From NCBI GenBank assembly GCA_030704615.1, contig CM060733.1:17112001-17176000 (forward strand): a stretch of 64,000 nucleotides of DNA, read 5' to 3'. Source of the DNA: Takakia lepidozioides. Taxonomy: Eukaryota > Plantae > Bryophyta. Made by a program: the position numbers and the translations under genes. Positions 35,701 to 48,359 of this stretch are shown one piece after another (positions within the stretch are counted from its first letter, which is position 1; each line of letters starts with the position of its first letter). The notes under the pieces are model-generated. The model was given only the letters and a program-made list of their open reading frames with translations, did not search any database and was not told the origin of the DNA.

Positions 35701-36329
35701 TGTGTATTTGGCAAGCCCAAGTACGGGATTCAGGGAATGCCGGAGCCTCCGGGCGTCTGGCCTGTTGCACCGGGTTGCAGCCTCTCTCAGAATGAGGCGG
35801 ATGCTCTATCTGCAGCAGGATTTCGAATGGTGCAACGCACAGACATCCCGGCCCACGCATTTCCGGTTCCTCAGACCCAGCCATTGCAGACTGCTCGGTC
35901 CAGTAGAGACGGATTGGACAATTCTGCACATCCCACAATGCGATTCGGAAGAGTGAAGAGACGACACCCTCCCAACAAGTTGAATGAGACTCGGATTGCC
36001 AATGCTCTTGGGATGGCTTGCACTATTCAGAGCTCCGTGGACGTACCCCCACCCGGCCTTGGGCGTGTGTATCGGATGGCAACGGCCGGCTCGGCTGTAC
36101 GCGACGATGTATACACAATTACGATTGGAGTGGAGCCGACTTGCAATTGTACGGACTTCTCGTTGATGGAAGCAAAGAAGGGTTCGAAGTATTATCCGTG
36201 CAAGCATCTGTATTACATCTACCTGAAGAGGTTGAGGATGAACGTGACTATTGATGACTTATTCATGCACCGGCGTTGAGCGTGAACGAGCTGCACAAAC
36301 TCCTCCTTAGGGATTCCAGAAATCATTGA
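32740..36329 (+). pseudogene. Element C transposase: GCM + MULE DDE + SWIM (stops/frameshifts, intron 34826-34912)
   Basis: HDGHPWCVTKTTS; VMFDHIKR; GFMADNAQA; RSCGFHF; TNMAESVHS; CNCTDF..PCKHLYYI. In-frame TAG at 35162. Confidence 0.9.
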
Positions 36330-36459
36330 TGGGGCAAACGGAATCCTCCATATGGATATTTTCAAATGCATTTTGCTGTATCAGACTTTTTTTTGCAGTG
36401 TAATGAAATGCACCGCAAAACTCCTGGAATGAGGCAATATTCCATTCAAACTGAGAATC

Positions 36460-36523
36460 CGAACCGATAACCCATAGGAACAAATTTTGAGACTATCGTG
36501 TCTACCATTTCCACCAAGCGAGT
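36460..36523 (-). tRNA. trnL: tRNA-Leu(CAA)-like pseudogene, 3'-truncated
   Basis: ACTCGCTTGGTGGAAATGGTAGACACGATAGTCTCAAAATTTGTTCCTATGGGTTATCGGTTCG; loop CTCAAAA, mismatched anticodon stem, 3' acceptor strand missing. Confidence 0.7.
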
Positions 36524-36524
36524 A

Positions 36525-36604
36525 TGCTCACTATCGGACTTGAACCGATAACCCATAGGAACAGATTTTAAGTCTGTCGTGTTTACCATTTTCACCAAGT
36601 GAGC
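36525..36604 (-). tRNA. trnL: tRNA-Leu(UAA), intronless, mitochondrial type (probable NUMT)
   Basis: Acceptor stem GCTCACT/AGTGAGC, anticodon arm ACAGA-CTTAAAA-TCTGT, variable arm, T arm ATCGG-TTCAAGT-CCGAT, discriminator A. Confidence 0.9.
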
Positions 36605-36899
36605 TTGGAGGAGCGAAGCGCGGAGCGGAGACAAAATCTTTCTGTTCCGTTTTCTTCTTGCCACTTTATTCTCCAGACACCCCCGGCTTCTTCGCAATAC
36701 GAGGCTTATTCTGGCTTGGCCGGACCTGCGGCATTTTTTAAAATATTTGAAAAACCATATATTTTGCTGCGCCCTCTGCCCTAAGGCGCGGAGAGCCCCC
36801 TTTTTATTGATTTATACCAGTCTATCTTAGATCCGAGATAGTGCCGAAAAAATGACTCAATTTGATCTAACCATGGTTGCAAAAGCCTTGGCATTGAGG

Positions 36900-37193
36900 A
36901 AATCCATGCTGAGGTAGATTGTAGCCCTGCGTTGTCTTTTACGTTCCTGTCGTCTCTCACCGTCACCCGTTCCTGCATTTTCCCAACGGACCCATATCCC
37001 AGAATGCACACATTGGCGCTCACATGCATCAGGTTTTGCAACGGCGGCGGAGGATGAGGGTTCATCTGCAAGAGCTTCGTCCTGGATGCAGAGGCTGAAG
37101 ACTGTGTTCAAGAGCAAGACACCTTCATCAGGTTCTTCCCAATCGGATACTTCTAAAGAAAAGTCTGTGTCTCAGCATGACCTTACAATGGAA
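36900..37193 (+). pseudogene. Exon 1 of the SEC-C motif (AT3G04950-like) gene
   Basis: ..RASSWMQRLKTVFKSKTPSSG..HDLTME then a GTGAGT donor; joins FADEVKKARQFG at 9625(-). Start position approximate. Confidence 0.65.
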
Positions 37194-37627
37194 AGTGAGT
37201 GCCATTCTACTATGTCGCTAGGTGCTCTGCTACAGATTCAACAATCTAATATCATAAAAGGCCCTCACTTGCACGATGTGACTGCTAGGAGTTGATCAGT
37301 ATGAACCATTGGATCACTTTGTTTATTTATTCCAACGGACACTTCACAAATTTCTTAGCTGAATGAAATGATGGTGCAGACAAGTCTGCTTCTGGTACCA
37401 ATTTGGCTTATAGGAGACAATGGCGGATATGCTTCTTCCAGCAACATGCGACTGCAGGAAGGAACCCAGTAGGTGTAAATTGGAGACTGAAGAGACAATA
37501 CCCTAAAGCCTAGACTGGGCCTGCATTATAATGATTCGCAATATAGGACACTAGTATAACAAAGGGGGGGATGTGGAAACTAGCCGATGGTTTCCGCCGG
37601 GAATGTAAGTCTTTTGTGGGAAGAGTA

Positions 37628-37780
37628 ACAGTGATCCAGCGTAGCTACGGCGTGAGCCCAGCCCGTGAGCCTGGGAGCTGAGCCCACGTTGTAGATGCAA
37701 AGCGTGAGCGGCACAAATCTGCTGGAGAAGCAGGTCCTATAGGCGAGGATTGCAAGAAGAGGGCCTATTACCGTGGACAA
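37628..37780 (+). mobile_element. Terminus of element D (transposase side) with TSD ACAGTGATC (37628-37636)
   Basis: CAGCGTAGCTACGGCGTGAGC from 37637 aligns without gaps to the B termini; GTGAGCC repeats follow. Confidence 0.85.
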
Positions 37781-38026
37781 AACAAAGGGGGCCACCATGC
37801 ACCATGTCTGCAATGGTTGCACAAAAAGAGGAATATGAAAATATGGCAGAATTGAGCTCAGAATGATTGACACACTTTATTTCAATTCAAAGATAGACGC
37901 TTACAATGAATGGCATGTGCATTTGCCCTGGTTCCGTGAATGAAATGTATGTGTTTGTCCTAAATGCAAAGTCTTCACACGGTAACCTGGAAACCAGCGT
38001 GGGAAGCGGGCATGGCTCGTATGTGT

Positions 38027-41000
38027 TCAAAGAGAATTTGGCGGAGCCCTACGTGAGGTGTCCCGCTGCAGAAGGGTGATGACTTCTCCGTAGCCTAGTG
38101 TGGCTTGGTGAATGAATTGGTCTCTCTTACCGTCGCAACACATAATTACAAGGTATATGTAATATTGATGCTTGCAGGGGACCCACTTCCCTCTCATGCC
38201 GAGAGCGCCCTCACGCATCGTTACAAAATCCGGACAAGTGCAAGTAGGGAAATTCCCCACGGTAACCTGATATTCTTTGCCATGAAGAACTGAGCCAATA
38301 GACAGCACTGTGTAAATCCGTCCATACCCCGGGGCAGGGACTTCGGTGATACGAGCCACCCGAGCCTGCAAAATTCTAGCCGATTCCATCTTGCATTCGT
38401 GATCTGCACCCGAAGCGACACGGCGCACTGTTTTTCCATCTCTTTTTGTTGGGTGGGAGTCGGCACCGGGTGGAGGCATTGCCGGAGCATGTGGCACATC
38501 TGTGCCGACAGTGCACAAGGGCACCACTCGGGATCGTGCAAGACAAAACCCTCCCTCCTCCAGCATGCTTATCTCGGTTGTTGACAGCGACGTCCCAAGT
38601 TTCACAGGCCAAATTGCGGGGGGGAGGGGGTTTCATTATCACCGAAGGACGAACTGTTCCCTTGACGCATCGTGCCATATCGTCTGGGCAGAACCAGAAT
38701 TTGTGGTCCTTTGACTCCCCACTATGATAAGGTCGGAACAACCCTGTGAATGCTGGAGCTGGAGTCCCCCTAGAGCCTTTGCATATTTTTTATTTGCATT
38801 TCTTGAAAGAGGGGGTCCGAATTGCCATGCAAGCAACTCTAGACCCTGGTGGGGTGCGTTCTATATGCCACTCACTATCAATGCAATCAGATTCCTGCAC
38901 CATGGCCACCACCTCCTCCAATGGGATTCTTGTTGCTGTGCTTGCATGTTCTGCACCTGCTCCACAGGAGGAGGACCCACATGGGAAGGGGCTAGCACAC
39001 GACTTAGTCTGCACTGGAGACACATTTGGCACAGAGAAATTGACCCTGTCTGGGCGATGGGAATCTCCATCTGACCCTGGAAGAGTGTTCAATTTCCTTT
39101 TGCATGATCCAAATCTTTCCTCGCCTTCCAAATGAGGGAGCCTGGATTGCAAAGAGGAGCCTTCAGTGCACCTGTTCAGAGCTCTGGCCATCTTCGATGG
39201 ATCTCCGGACCTACTCGCAGCCCTTAGCATCAACAAAGTCGTACCGGGGCCTTGTCTCCACCCCGTCCCATCAGAAAATTACGGTACCTGGTTTGTTGTG
39301 TAAATGCCCACACCATGTCATCAGCAGTGGCCACATACAAATCACGACCTGCTTTGGTAGATTGCTGCATCCAGGCGTTATGAACAGTCTCCACCAAATT
39401 ACAGGATGGCATGTTGGCCAAGTCCTCCAAGGACATGTCCTGCAGGAGGCATTGCATGGAAATGTGAGGAAGGAAAGGAAATGGAAGAGGTTCTGCAAGC
39501 GACAATCCAACAACCCCAAATGAAGAGGCACGATGCAAAATTTGTGATTTTGGGATTCAAGAGGCTTACCGTCGTCATGAAAGCTCCCCACTGTCTGTAT
39601 CTGAAGTGCCAGAAAACCAACCAGTCCTCCAACTCCTTCAGGTGGATACCAGTAGCAGCACCAAAGGAGAACCACCAAGCCCGGATTGCTTGGTAAGTGC
39701 TCTCAGCTTCTCCCATTGAGTTGGCATTTTTGTACTTGAGACAGAGCCTTCTGTGCTCCAACTGAAGGTCAAGGCGAATGCAGCGCTTTGTATGACGTGC
39801 CAGAGATTGACTCCAATGGAAGAGGCATGTGCGCTCCCTATTTTCTATTGGGACCTTAGGATCCCCCGAACCAAACACGCGCCGCACTGCCTTGAAATTT
39901 GCCTATGCACTATCAGCCATGAAGCCCGCAAAATTTGTGTTCTGTACTCCATTGCGCTGCATGACGGCCAGGAGCGAATTCCACATGAGCATCTGGGATT
40001 CAGTGTCCTCCGACTGCATATCACAAATTGCTATTGAGAGCACACGCTGGTATGTTGGATCATACACATGGCACGCCATGGTTGTCCAACCCTTCACCCG
40101 TTTGCAGTGATCAAACATCAACCAACATTTAGCCAAATCTCCTCCAGGTTGCATTCGGCGGACAATGCTCACACCACTGCCTTCGCCCACTGCGGACATC
40201 TTAAACAAATATACCTTGGACGAGCCCTGGCCAGGGAAGATACTGTTTTGAATGAATTCATAGCGACTTCTCCGTTTGAGGTCCATAATGTTGTCCATGA
40301 ATCCAGCAGTGCCTGTGCCGACTCTGAGTGCATTCACCTGGTTTCGAATATTGGGAGAGCTCAACACGGAGAAATGGTCCATCACTGCATCAAGCGAATC
40401 TGCATCCAGCATTGGTTGTGTCGAATCCCCTTCACCCAGTATGTGTTTTTTCAGGAAAGCCTTGCTAGCTACAAGCTCTATAGCAGAAGGTGTTGCACAA
40501 GGGGCATTGTGGAACTCCTGCTTCAGCAGATTTCTAGCGATGTCCACGCTATCCCTGCAACTTCCTTTGGACACAGGATGCTCGTGTGCACCCATATGAA
40601 TGCAGGCACGAGTCATTGTCTTGCATCGGTGTGCCACCTGGTACATACGAGCGTGGCACACAGAAACACAGGACGGGGAAAGTTTGCAGAACCTGCACAC
40701 AAAAGTATTGGTCTTGGGAAGGGCAAGTCCTGGGGTGAAAGGATTCAGTGGCACACCTTCCCACTCACTTTCGTTTGGTTGAGCGCTGTTTCTCAGGCGA
40801 GGGCAAGATATATTCAGGCACTTACAATGCCCAACGCAAACCGACCTTCGAAATTTCAATCCAATGTCGTTGTGGATGTTTGACGTTTTTGTCCTGCACC
40901 AAGGGTGTCCGTCATGTTTCTTGTCCATGCCCTGCAGAAGCCCAGCCAGTCCATTGGAAGACGTGGGAGGGTTGAGCTCAAACAAGATGTCCCCATCAAA

Positions 41001-41430
41001 CTCTGCTGGCACGTATTGAACCCGCTGCACACGAAGGGACTCCCAATCAACAAAACGCAGCTCGCTCTTGCACCCAGGCACCCCTGCGAGGGCTTTCAAT
41101 TTTGGAATGACACTCGTTATCTCTTGCAATTCAGATTCATCCAAGAATGGAGTCTGCGCTGGCGGAGGAATCTCAAAAACATCCTCCAAGGACAAGTCTG
41201 AAAGAGTCACGAATGTAGTGGATGTGCTCACCTCTTGTTTCACATGAACTGTGCCCTTTTGCTGCACGACTGATGCTGCAGTTCCAGGGGTTATGACTGA
41301 TCTTGCTGATTGTCTCCTCTCTTTTCCAAGGACACGGTATGTTCCTGGAAGGACTCTCCACTTCCTTCCACACTCGCCAACCAATGGTTTCTCCAAATGT
41401 CCAGAATCCAAATTCCCATCCTCGTCATAC
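38027..41430 (-). pseudogene. Element D transposase: GCM + MULE DDE + SWIM (5' end removed by CACTA insertion; intron 39440-39569)
   Basis: HDGHPWCRTKTSN; LMFDHCKR; GFMADSA*; RTCLFHW; CNLVETVHNAW; CTCPDF..PCKHQYYI. Confidence 0.9.
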
Positions 41431-44085
41431 CACTAGAAGGAAAAACGGCTTTTTCCACGGCTCTGCCATCTCACACCTGGCACATTCCACGGCTTTTATC
41501 ACGGGTCTGTACACTAAGCCAAGGTGTGGGTCTAAATATGCCCTAACTGTGGGGTGTCTGACATGTGGTCCACACCCCAGGCAAGAACGGTGTGAAAACA
41601 GCCATGAGCGTGGCAGGGGTTGGCTTAGTTTACATGGCATGTTACACACCTGTGTGAAATGGGAACATACAATTAACAAAAAACACAAGAAATGGGAACA
41701 TACACAAGAAGGAGCCTGTGGCCTACTTTTGGTGCCTTGCAAATTGCAATAAGAGGCTCCGATCTGTTGGCAAGAAGTACCCGTTGCTCCACGATTACTC
41801 CCTGTGGTACACATTGACTGGCCTTCCATGCCCTCTCGGATGAGCACGATGTCATGGTGATCATGGATCGAGGTGAGCGAGGATATACATAGTGTCATTG
41901 ACATACACCGCAATGTAGATTCATGCACTGTAGCTTCCCGCAATCGTCTCATGCATGACGTTTTTGCTTCAGTTTTCAGCGTTGGTACTTGTGACGGTGT
42001 GATGGTTTGGGGGTGAAGCAGTAGCAATGCAGAGACTATCCACATTTCAGCCTGCGTACATTATCCTTTTGGGTTTTGCCTCAAGTTTATGTACTTAACT
42101 GGCCTCTCCTGTCAAAAACTGAGTGTCCCCTACTGTCATGTGCGGAGGAATTGAACCTGTAGCCAACTGAATGGCTCTGCCCCATGCATGGCTCTGCCCA
42201 TGTGACCTGCAAGCACACAGTCAAAAAAGTGGGGGTTTACGAACTTGCCAAATCCCAAGCATGAACAGAGGGGTCCCATTAGTGGGGAAGACATGTGAAT
42301 CAGCATCCACAGTTGTAATGCCCATCAGATCCAACATGTGACTTGTTGTGCAGATTGTCCCCCGACTGCACCAAACCAGAACAAACATTATAAAGAAGTA
42401 CATCCCCAACACATTGCACCCAACCCCCACAATCTGAACACAGGGAAAATAGAGAGGGGGAGGGAGGAGCAGAGGCATCAGAATTCAGTTCGTAGCTAGA
42501 GAGTAAGTAAGGCATGGATGTGGGCAGGGGGGGAGATAGTAGAGAGGTGGACTAACAACTGAAGCAACCCAAAATGCCAACATGACGCTATTGCCCTTTT
42601 ACCATGAATCATCTTCCTCGCTGCTACATTCACAGGGAGAATAACCGCAACAAGTGGATGCTGCAGCACAGGATGTCCGCTGATTTGGGACTCAAAATGC
42701 GCCTCAGTGTGCCACTCAAAATGTCATATAATGCATATGTCATTTTACCAGGCCAGTGGCTGAAGCACAGGGTGTCCAGTGATTTGGAACTGAAAATGTC
42801 ACTCAGTGTGTCAGTTAAAATGTCAACATGACGCTATTGTCCTTTTACCAGATGTAGTCATCTTCATCGCTACTACTTTCACTACACTCATGGTTAGTGT
42901 TGCAATCCTCACTATCTCGGTGCCATGGTTCGTCCCTTCGTGGCGGCCTCATCATAGCAATAGTAGCCATCTCAACTTCGGTAAGGGTCGTTGAAGGTCC
43001 AAATTCTGTGTTGGGATTCACATCCTCCAATGCCTCCGCCACTTGCATCCTTACGCATGACTCATTCTCACCCAAGCTGACACCAGTGACATCATGTACC
43101 ACGCGTCGTGAGCGCAGCTCCTTCTGAAGTACTACTTTCCAGTTACCAGCGTTGGAGGGCTCATCTGCAAAAAAAACTTGCTCGACTTGCCATGGAAATG
43201 TGAATGGTTCATCTCCCGGTGGCAACATGCGATCGAAGTCCACGAGTAGGAAACCATACTCATCCTTCTTCATGGTGCGGTTGCAACCTGTCAAGCTTGC
43301 TCTGACCCATTCACATATGAATACTACAGGAGTGACAGCACCATACTGAAGCTGTAAAATTTCACGAACAACACCGACATATTGCAGCTGGTTCATGACA
43401 GGGTTACCATCCACACCCCTTCCCGTTGACTCTTCGGCAAAAATCTGTGCAACCCCAGAGTCGTATGTGACATGGTAATCAACCACACCTGTTTCCACCA
43501 CTCTGTAGTGATTTCCGTATGCCCACATAGACCGAAATGAACGAGCAACAAACCCTGGTGGCTTACACACATGACGAATATTTGCATCATACGCTGCTCC
43601 TCTTGAAACAACATTTTGTACTGCCGACTGTATCCACATATGAAAAGCAGGCAAAGGCAACATGTTTTCGGGGTATGGAACGGTGCGTTGGTGTGCATTT
43701 CTCCCTTGGGTGGTGTATGTGGCTCGAAATTCGGCTCTGGCTGATTCTATGGTGGCCTTCTCAATATCATAAAGTCTGGTCATACTCAATTCACACTTAG
43801 TCAGGACCATAGTATGTACAAAGAGGCTAAGTGAAAATTGAGAATGCGCCAATTTTGTGTCCGGAAATGGTTCCCAGAGTTAGCATGTGAAGCCAAATAA
43901 ATAATGTATACTTACCTCAGAAACGGTCTCATGCACGCCGTGTTGTGAAGCACATAGTCGTGTGCACTAGCCCGAAGCTCAGCCGACAGTTTCCTTGGAG
44001 TTCCAAAGCCCTCTAATACTTCTCCCACACCACTTTCTTCTTCGTTGCAATCCCAGACCCTTCTACGAGTTCCTGGAAATGCAGC
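41431..44085 (-). mobile_element. CACTA element (3' part) inserted in the D transposase
   Basis: Starts CACTAGAAGGAAAAA exactly where D transposase homology stops; contains CACTA transposase C-terminal exons. Confidence 0.8.
42845..44085 (-). pseudogene. CACTA/En-Spm transposase C-terminus (DUF4216-like)
   Basis: YVGVVREILQLQYG..VVFICEWV..KKDEYGFLLVDF..DEPFTFPWQVEQVFFADEP..WKVVL; upstream exon TRRRVWDCNEEE..VLEG. Confidence 0.85.
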
Positions 44086-44569
44086 TACAGATTCATTGGC
44101 GCTTCAGAGTAGATACATTTAGATTTTCTTTTCGTGCTTCCCTATCTGTCCACTTATTATCGAGTCATTGCAAACTGGGTAACCTTCCATGGCCTTCCGC
44201 CATTTGAGGGATCGTTCATGTTTCGATCACTGTTTCAAAGGAATAAACCTTGTGAATGTCTGTACAGATTCATTGGCGCTTTAGAGTAGACACATGAGCG
44301 CTAGTGATGATTCGAAACAGCGACATTAGTCCTATTGGCAATTGGCAGATGTCAATTCATTTCCAGGGAGTTAGACGTATGTATGCTGAAATTCTTGAAA
44401 ACGGAATTAGCCCCATATGTTAATAATTAGGTTATGCATGTGGGGCACAGTCTAACTATCGTATATCTGGGTACCTACTATTTAGACTACTCGGTTGCTA
44501 GTCTGGGTTAGCAAGTGGACCGTTTTTTAAGAGACCAGAGGGGCAACTTAACAAAGGCTCTTCGATTCA

Positions 44570-46045
44570 GGTGAGTCCTTGCGAGGGCAATGAGGTCCAT
44601 GGTGACATCGTCAAAACTGATTTGTACCAGATGTCATCCTGAACACAGCCCAGATGTGAGTGCATCGAGGATGCAAAGGGAGTTTTTGACAGTATGGCTG
44701 AAAGAAATGTGGTGTCGTGGAGGGCGATGATTGCAGGATATGCACAGCAAGGGGTGGGATGGAGGCTTCGGAGACCTATGAGCAAATGATGGGGGAAGGG
44801 GTGAAGCCCGACCGCATAACGTTTGTTTGCATTTGCAATGCGTGTGCAAGCCTGGCAGCTCTGGAAAGGTGCAAAGTGGTCCATGGTGACATCGTCACAT
44901 CTGGAATTGTACCCAATGTCATTCTGAACACGGCCCAGCTGGACATGTATCTCAAATGTGAGTACATCGAGGATGCAAAGGGAGTTTTCGATAGTATGGC
45001 TGAAGGAGATGTGGTGTCGTGGAGGGCGATGATCGCAGGATATGCCCAGCATGGTTGTCATAGGGAGGTCCTACAACTATTTGAAGGAATGTAAGAGAAC
45101 GGCTTGAAGCCGGACAGTATCACCTTTATATGTGGTCTCTTTGGGTAGATGGTCAATTGAATGCAGCAGTTGTAGCGGCACAGTTGATGAAATCAGGCAC
45201 CTCATCCATGGCCACAGCTTCTGAAAGAGGATCAAGAGAGGGAGTCCACAATACCTCTTCTGGCACTTCTGGGCATGTGAAGATACTTCGTGCGACAGAC
45301 AGACTGGCAGAGGCTCTACAGACTATAAACCAAGGAGGCATTTCAGCAGATTCGGATACGTATGCTTATCTCTTGCTTAAGTGCGCATCAAGATGGGAGG
45401 TCTGGAAGCTGGAAAGCAGGTGCACACTCACATTATCCAAAGTGGATTCACGTCAATTTTTTTTCTACTCAACTCCCTTGTCAACATGTATGTTAAGTGT
45501 GGGAGCATCATGGATGCTCACCAAGTGTTCAATGCCTCAACGATGTTTGATCATGTGGAACATAATGTTGGCAGGATTTACCAAGCACGGGTGTGGTAGG
45601 AATGCTTTGGAGACCTATGAGCAAATGCTGCGCGAAAGGGTGAAGCCTAACCACATCACATTTGTTTGTGTTTCCAATGCGTGTGCAAGCCGGGGAGCTC
45701 TGGAAAAGGGGAAAGAGGTCCATGGTGACATCGTCAAAGCTGGAATTGTACCAAATGTCATTCTGCAAACTGCTCTGGTGGACATGTATGCCAAATGTGG
45801 GTGCATTAAGGATGCAAAGGGAGTTTTCAACACTATGGCTGAACGAGATGTGGTGCCATTGGATGCGATGCTTGCAGGGTATGCACAACAAGAACGTGGT
45901 ATGGAGGCTTTGGTGACTTATGGACAAATGATGGGAGAAGGGGTGAAGCCCGACCACATCACGTTTGGGTGCGTCTGCAATGCGTGTGCAAGCCTGGCAG
46001 CTCTGGAAAGGGGCAAAGAGGTCCATGGCGACGTTGTCAGAGCTG
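44570..46045 (+). pseudogene. Two fused PLS-class PPR gene fragments
   Basis: Repeated VVSWRAMIAGYAQ / GVKPDRITFVCICNAC / ALVDMYAKCG motifs; stops and frameshifts; abrupt junction with ParB fragment at ~46045. Confidence 0.9.
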
Positions 46046-47015
46046 CAATTGTACCAAATGTCCATGGCAAGTACCACGTTTCCGATGTCTTGGAGCTTTC
46101 GCACTTCTTGTACGTCTCTGCTGAAATGATGGTCTTGAAGTTGGTCAAGGGCATCTGCCCGATCCTTTGTATCCTATACAGTGTGTGAACCAGACTCGTT
46201 TTGACATGCAATGTCTCCGTTCCTCTACAGAATGATATCTGAAAGTCAGAATGAAATTCAAGGACTTTAATCAAAGAACCATGAACTACAAGTGGAACAT
46301 GTAGAATGAGAAACCAACCTGTTCACATCATTCATTGCCGTCAGAAGACCCATCATGTTCCCCTCACAATCCAGCACCATCGATCGAACAGAGTAATGCC
46401 ACTCTTCCTCCTGTGAGTGCAGCCTCCCAATGACAGCCATCCATGCAAGTAACCGGTGGTTCCCATCCCAAACGTGAAACATCTTCCCCGAGAATGCCTG
46501 GGTGGAAGGTTTCCTGGAGAGAAAAAGTTCGAAGGATTCGTTCACCTGTCTCCAAATAGGATCCCAGGAGTCCACGATCGACTCATCCACAAGGAGCTCA
46601 TTGCCTCTGGAATCCCTAGTACAAACGTAAAACACTGCGGATCCATCCAAATACCCATGAACAAACTCGGCCTCCAGCTTGAGAATGTCCTTGATGAGGG
46701 TGGACGAACGACGGGCATGGAAACCATCCTACACAGGGGAATCTTCAACCTCCCACCCGGGGCAAGCATACTTTGCACCACAAGCTGAGAGTTTATTTTC
46801 TGACCCCCCCAGCATCTCAGCGGCTTTGCTTTCATAGAACTCATCGTCAACATCAACAATGATCTCCTTCCCCAGCCCCGAAGGGATCTCCTCCGCCACA
46901 CTTTGCATCTTCTCCTGCAGGGTTGTTCATTCAAATTGATATAAGAGTGAGGCATGAGACGATGGTGTTTGAGCATGGCAGACAGGCCATGTGTGGAAGA
47001 AAAGGTGAGCTGCAA
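46045..47015 (-). pseudogene. N-terminal ParB-like part of element D ParB-MTase gene
   Basis: RLKIPLCRMVSMPVVRP..FHVWDGNHRLLAW..LLTAMNDVN|intron|..HVKTSLVHTLYRIQRIG..TWY. It stops just before the exon that begins the 13620 fragment. Confidence 0.85.
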
Positions 47016-48350
47016 GGTAAGTGTTCATTGAACCTCAGAGACATGCCAGGTAAGGGTTCATTTAACCTCAAAGAGAAGCCCTTAGTGGCCGATTTTCAGA
47101 TGAAAAAAACAAATAAAAGGTGAGCTCAAACAGTGTGCGTTAACGCACACTGTTTGAGCTGCAAGGTAAGTGTTCATTGAACCTCAGAGACATGCCAGGT
47201 AAGTGTTCATTGAACCTTAAAGAGAAGCCCTAAGTGGCCAATTTTCAGATGAAAAAAACAAAGAAAATGTGTGCGTTAACGCACACTGTTTGAGCTGCAA
47301 GGTAAGTGTTCATTGAACCTCAAAGAGAAGCCCTTAGTGGCCGATTTTCAAATGAAAAAAACAAAGAAAATGTGAGCTCAAACAGTGTGCGTTGACGCAC
47401 ACTGTTTGAGCTGCCAGGTAAGTGTTCATTGAACCTCAGACACATGCCCTGTATAGCCGAATTTCACAGGGCAAAAACAGTGACAAGGTGGGCTCAAACA
47501 GTGTGCGCCAACGCACACTGTTTGAGCTGCCAAGAATGTGATGATTGATCCTCAAATACATACCCTATGTGGCCGATTTTCAGATGACAAAGGCAATGAC
47601 AAGGTGAGCTCAAACAGTGTGCGTTGACGCACACTGTTTGAGCTACCAGGAATGTGATGATTGATCCTCAAATTCATACCCTATGTGGCCAATTTTCAGA
47701 TGACAAAGGCAATGACAAGGTGAGCTCAAATAGTGTGCGTTGACGCACACTGTTTGAGCTGCCATGTAAGTGATGATTGATCCTCAAATACATGTCCTTT
47801 GTGGCCTATTTCGAGATGAAAAACCAATGAGAAGGTGGGCTCAAACAGTGTGCGTTGGCGCACACTGTTTGAGCTCCCAGATAAGTGTTCATTGATCCTC
47901 AGAGACATGCCCTATGTGGCCGATTTTCAAACGAAAAAGGCAATGATAATGTTAGCTCAAACAGTGTGCGCCAACGCACACTGTTTGAGCTACCAGGAAT
48001 GTGATGATTGATCCTCAAATTCATACCCTATGTGGCCGATTTTTAGATGACAAAGGCAATGACAAGGTGAGCTCAAACAGTGTGCGTTGACGCACATTGT
48101 TTGAGCTGCCATGTAAGTGATGATTGATCCTCAAATACATGCCCTTTGTGGCCCATTTCGAGATGAAAAATCAATGAGAAGGTGGGCTCAAACAGTGTGC
48201 GCCAACGCACACTGTTTGAGCTCCCAGATAAGGGTTCATTGATCCTCAGAGACATGCCCTATGTGGCTGATTTTCAGACGAAAAAGGCAATAATAATGTT
48301 AGCTCAAACAGTGTGCGCCAACGCACACTGTTTGAGCTGCCAAGTAAGTG
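47005..48350. repeat. ~115-bp tandem repeat carrying a ~36-bp hairpin GCTCAAACAGTGTGCG(TTG/CCA)ACGCACACTGTTTGAGC upstream of the D ParB gene
   Basis: About 11 hairpin copies, with a higher-order 347-bp duplication (47726 vs 48073). Confidence 0.95.
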
Positions 48351-48359
48351 ATGATTGAT

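Noticed and set aside
36525-36604. Plastid trnL-UAA, a SINE head, or a tRNA integration site
   Set aside because: No group I intron, no SINE tail or TSD, and no integrase; a mitochondrial insertion fits better.
47005-48350. CRISPR-like array (36-bp palindromic repeat with spacers)
   Set aside because: Spacers are homologous to each other (whole units tandemly duplicated), there are no cas genes, and the context is intron-containing eukaryotic DNA. The same applies to 30820-32520 and 23329-24047.
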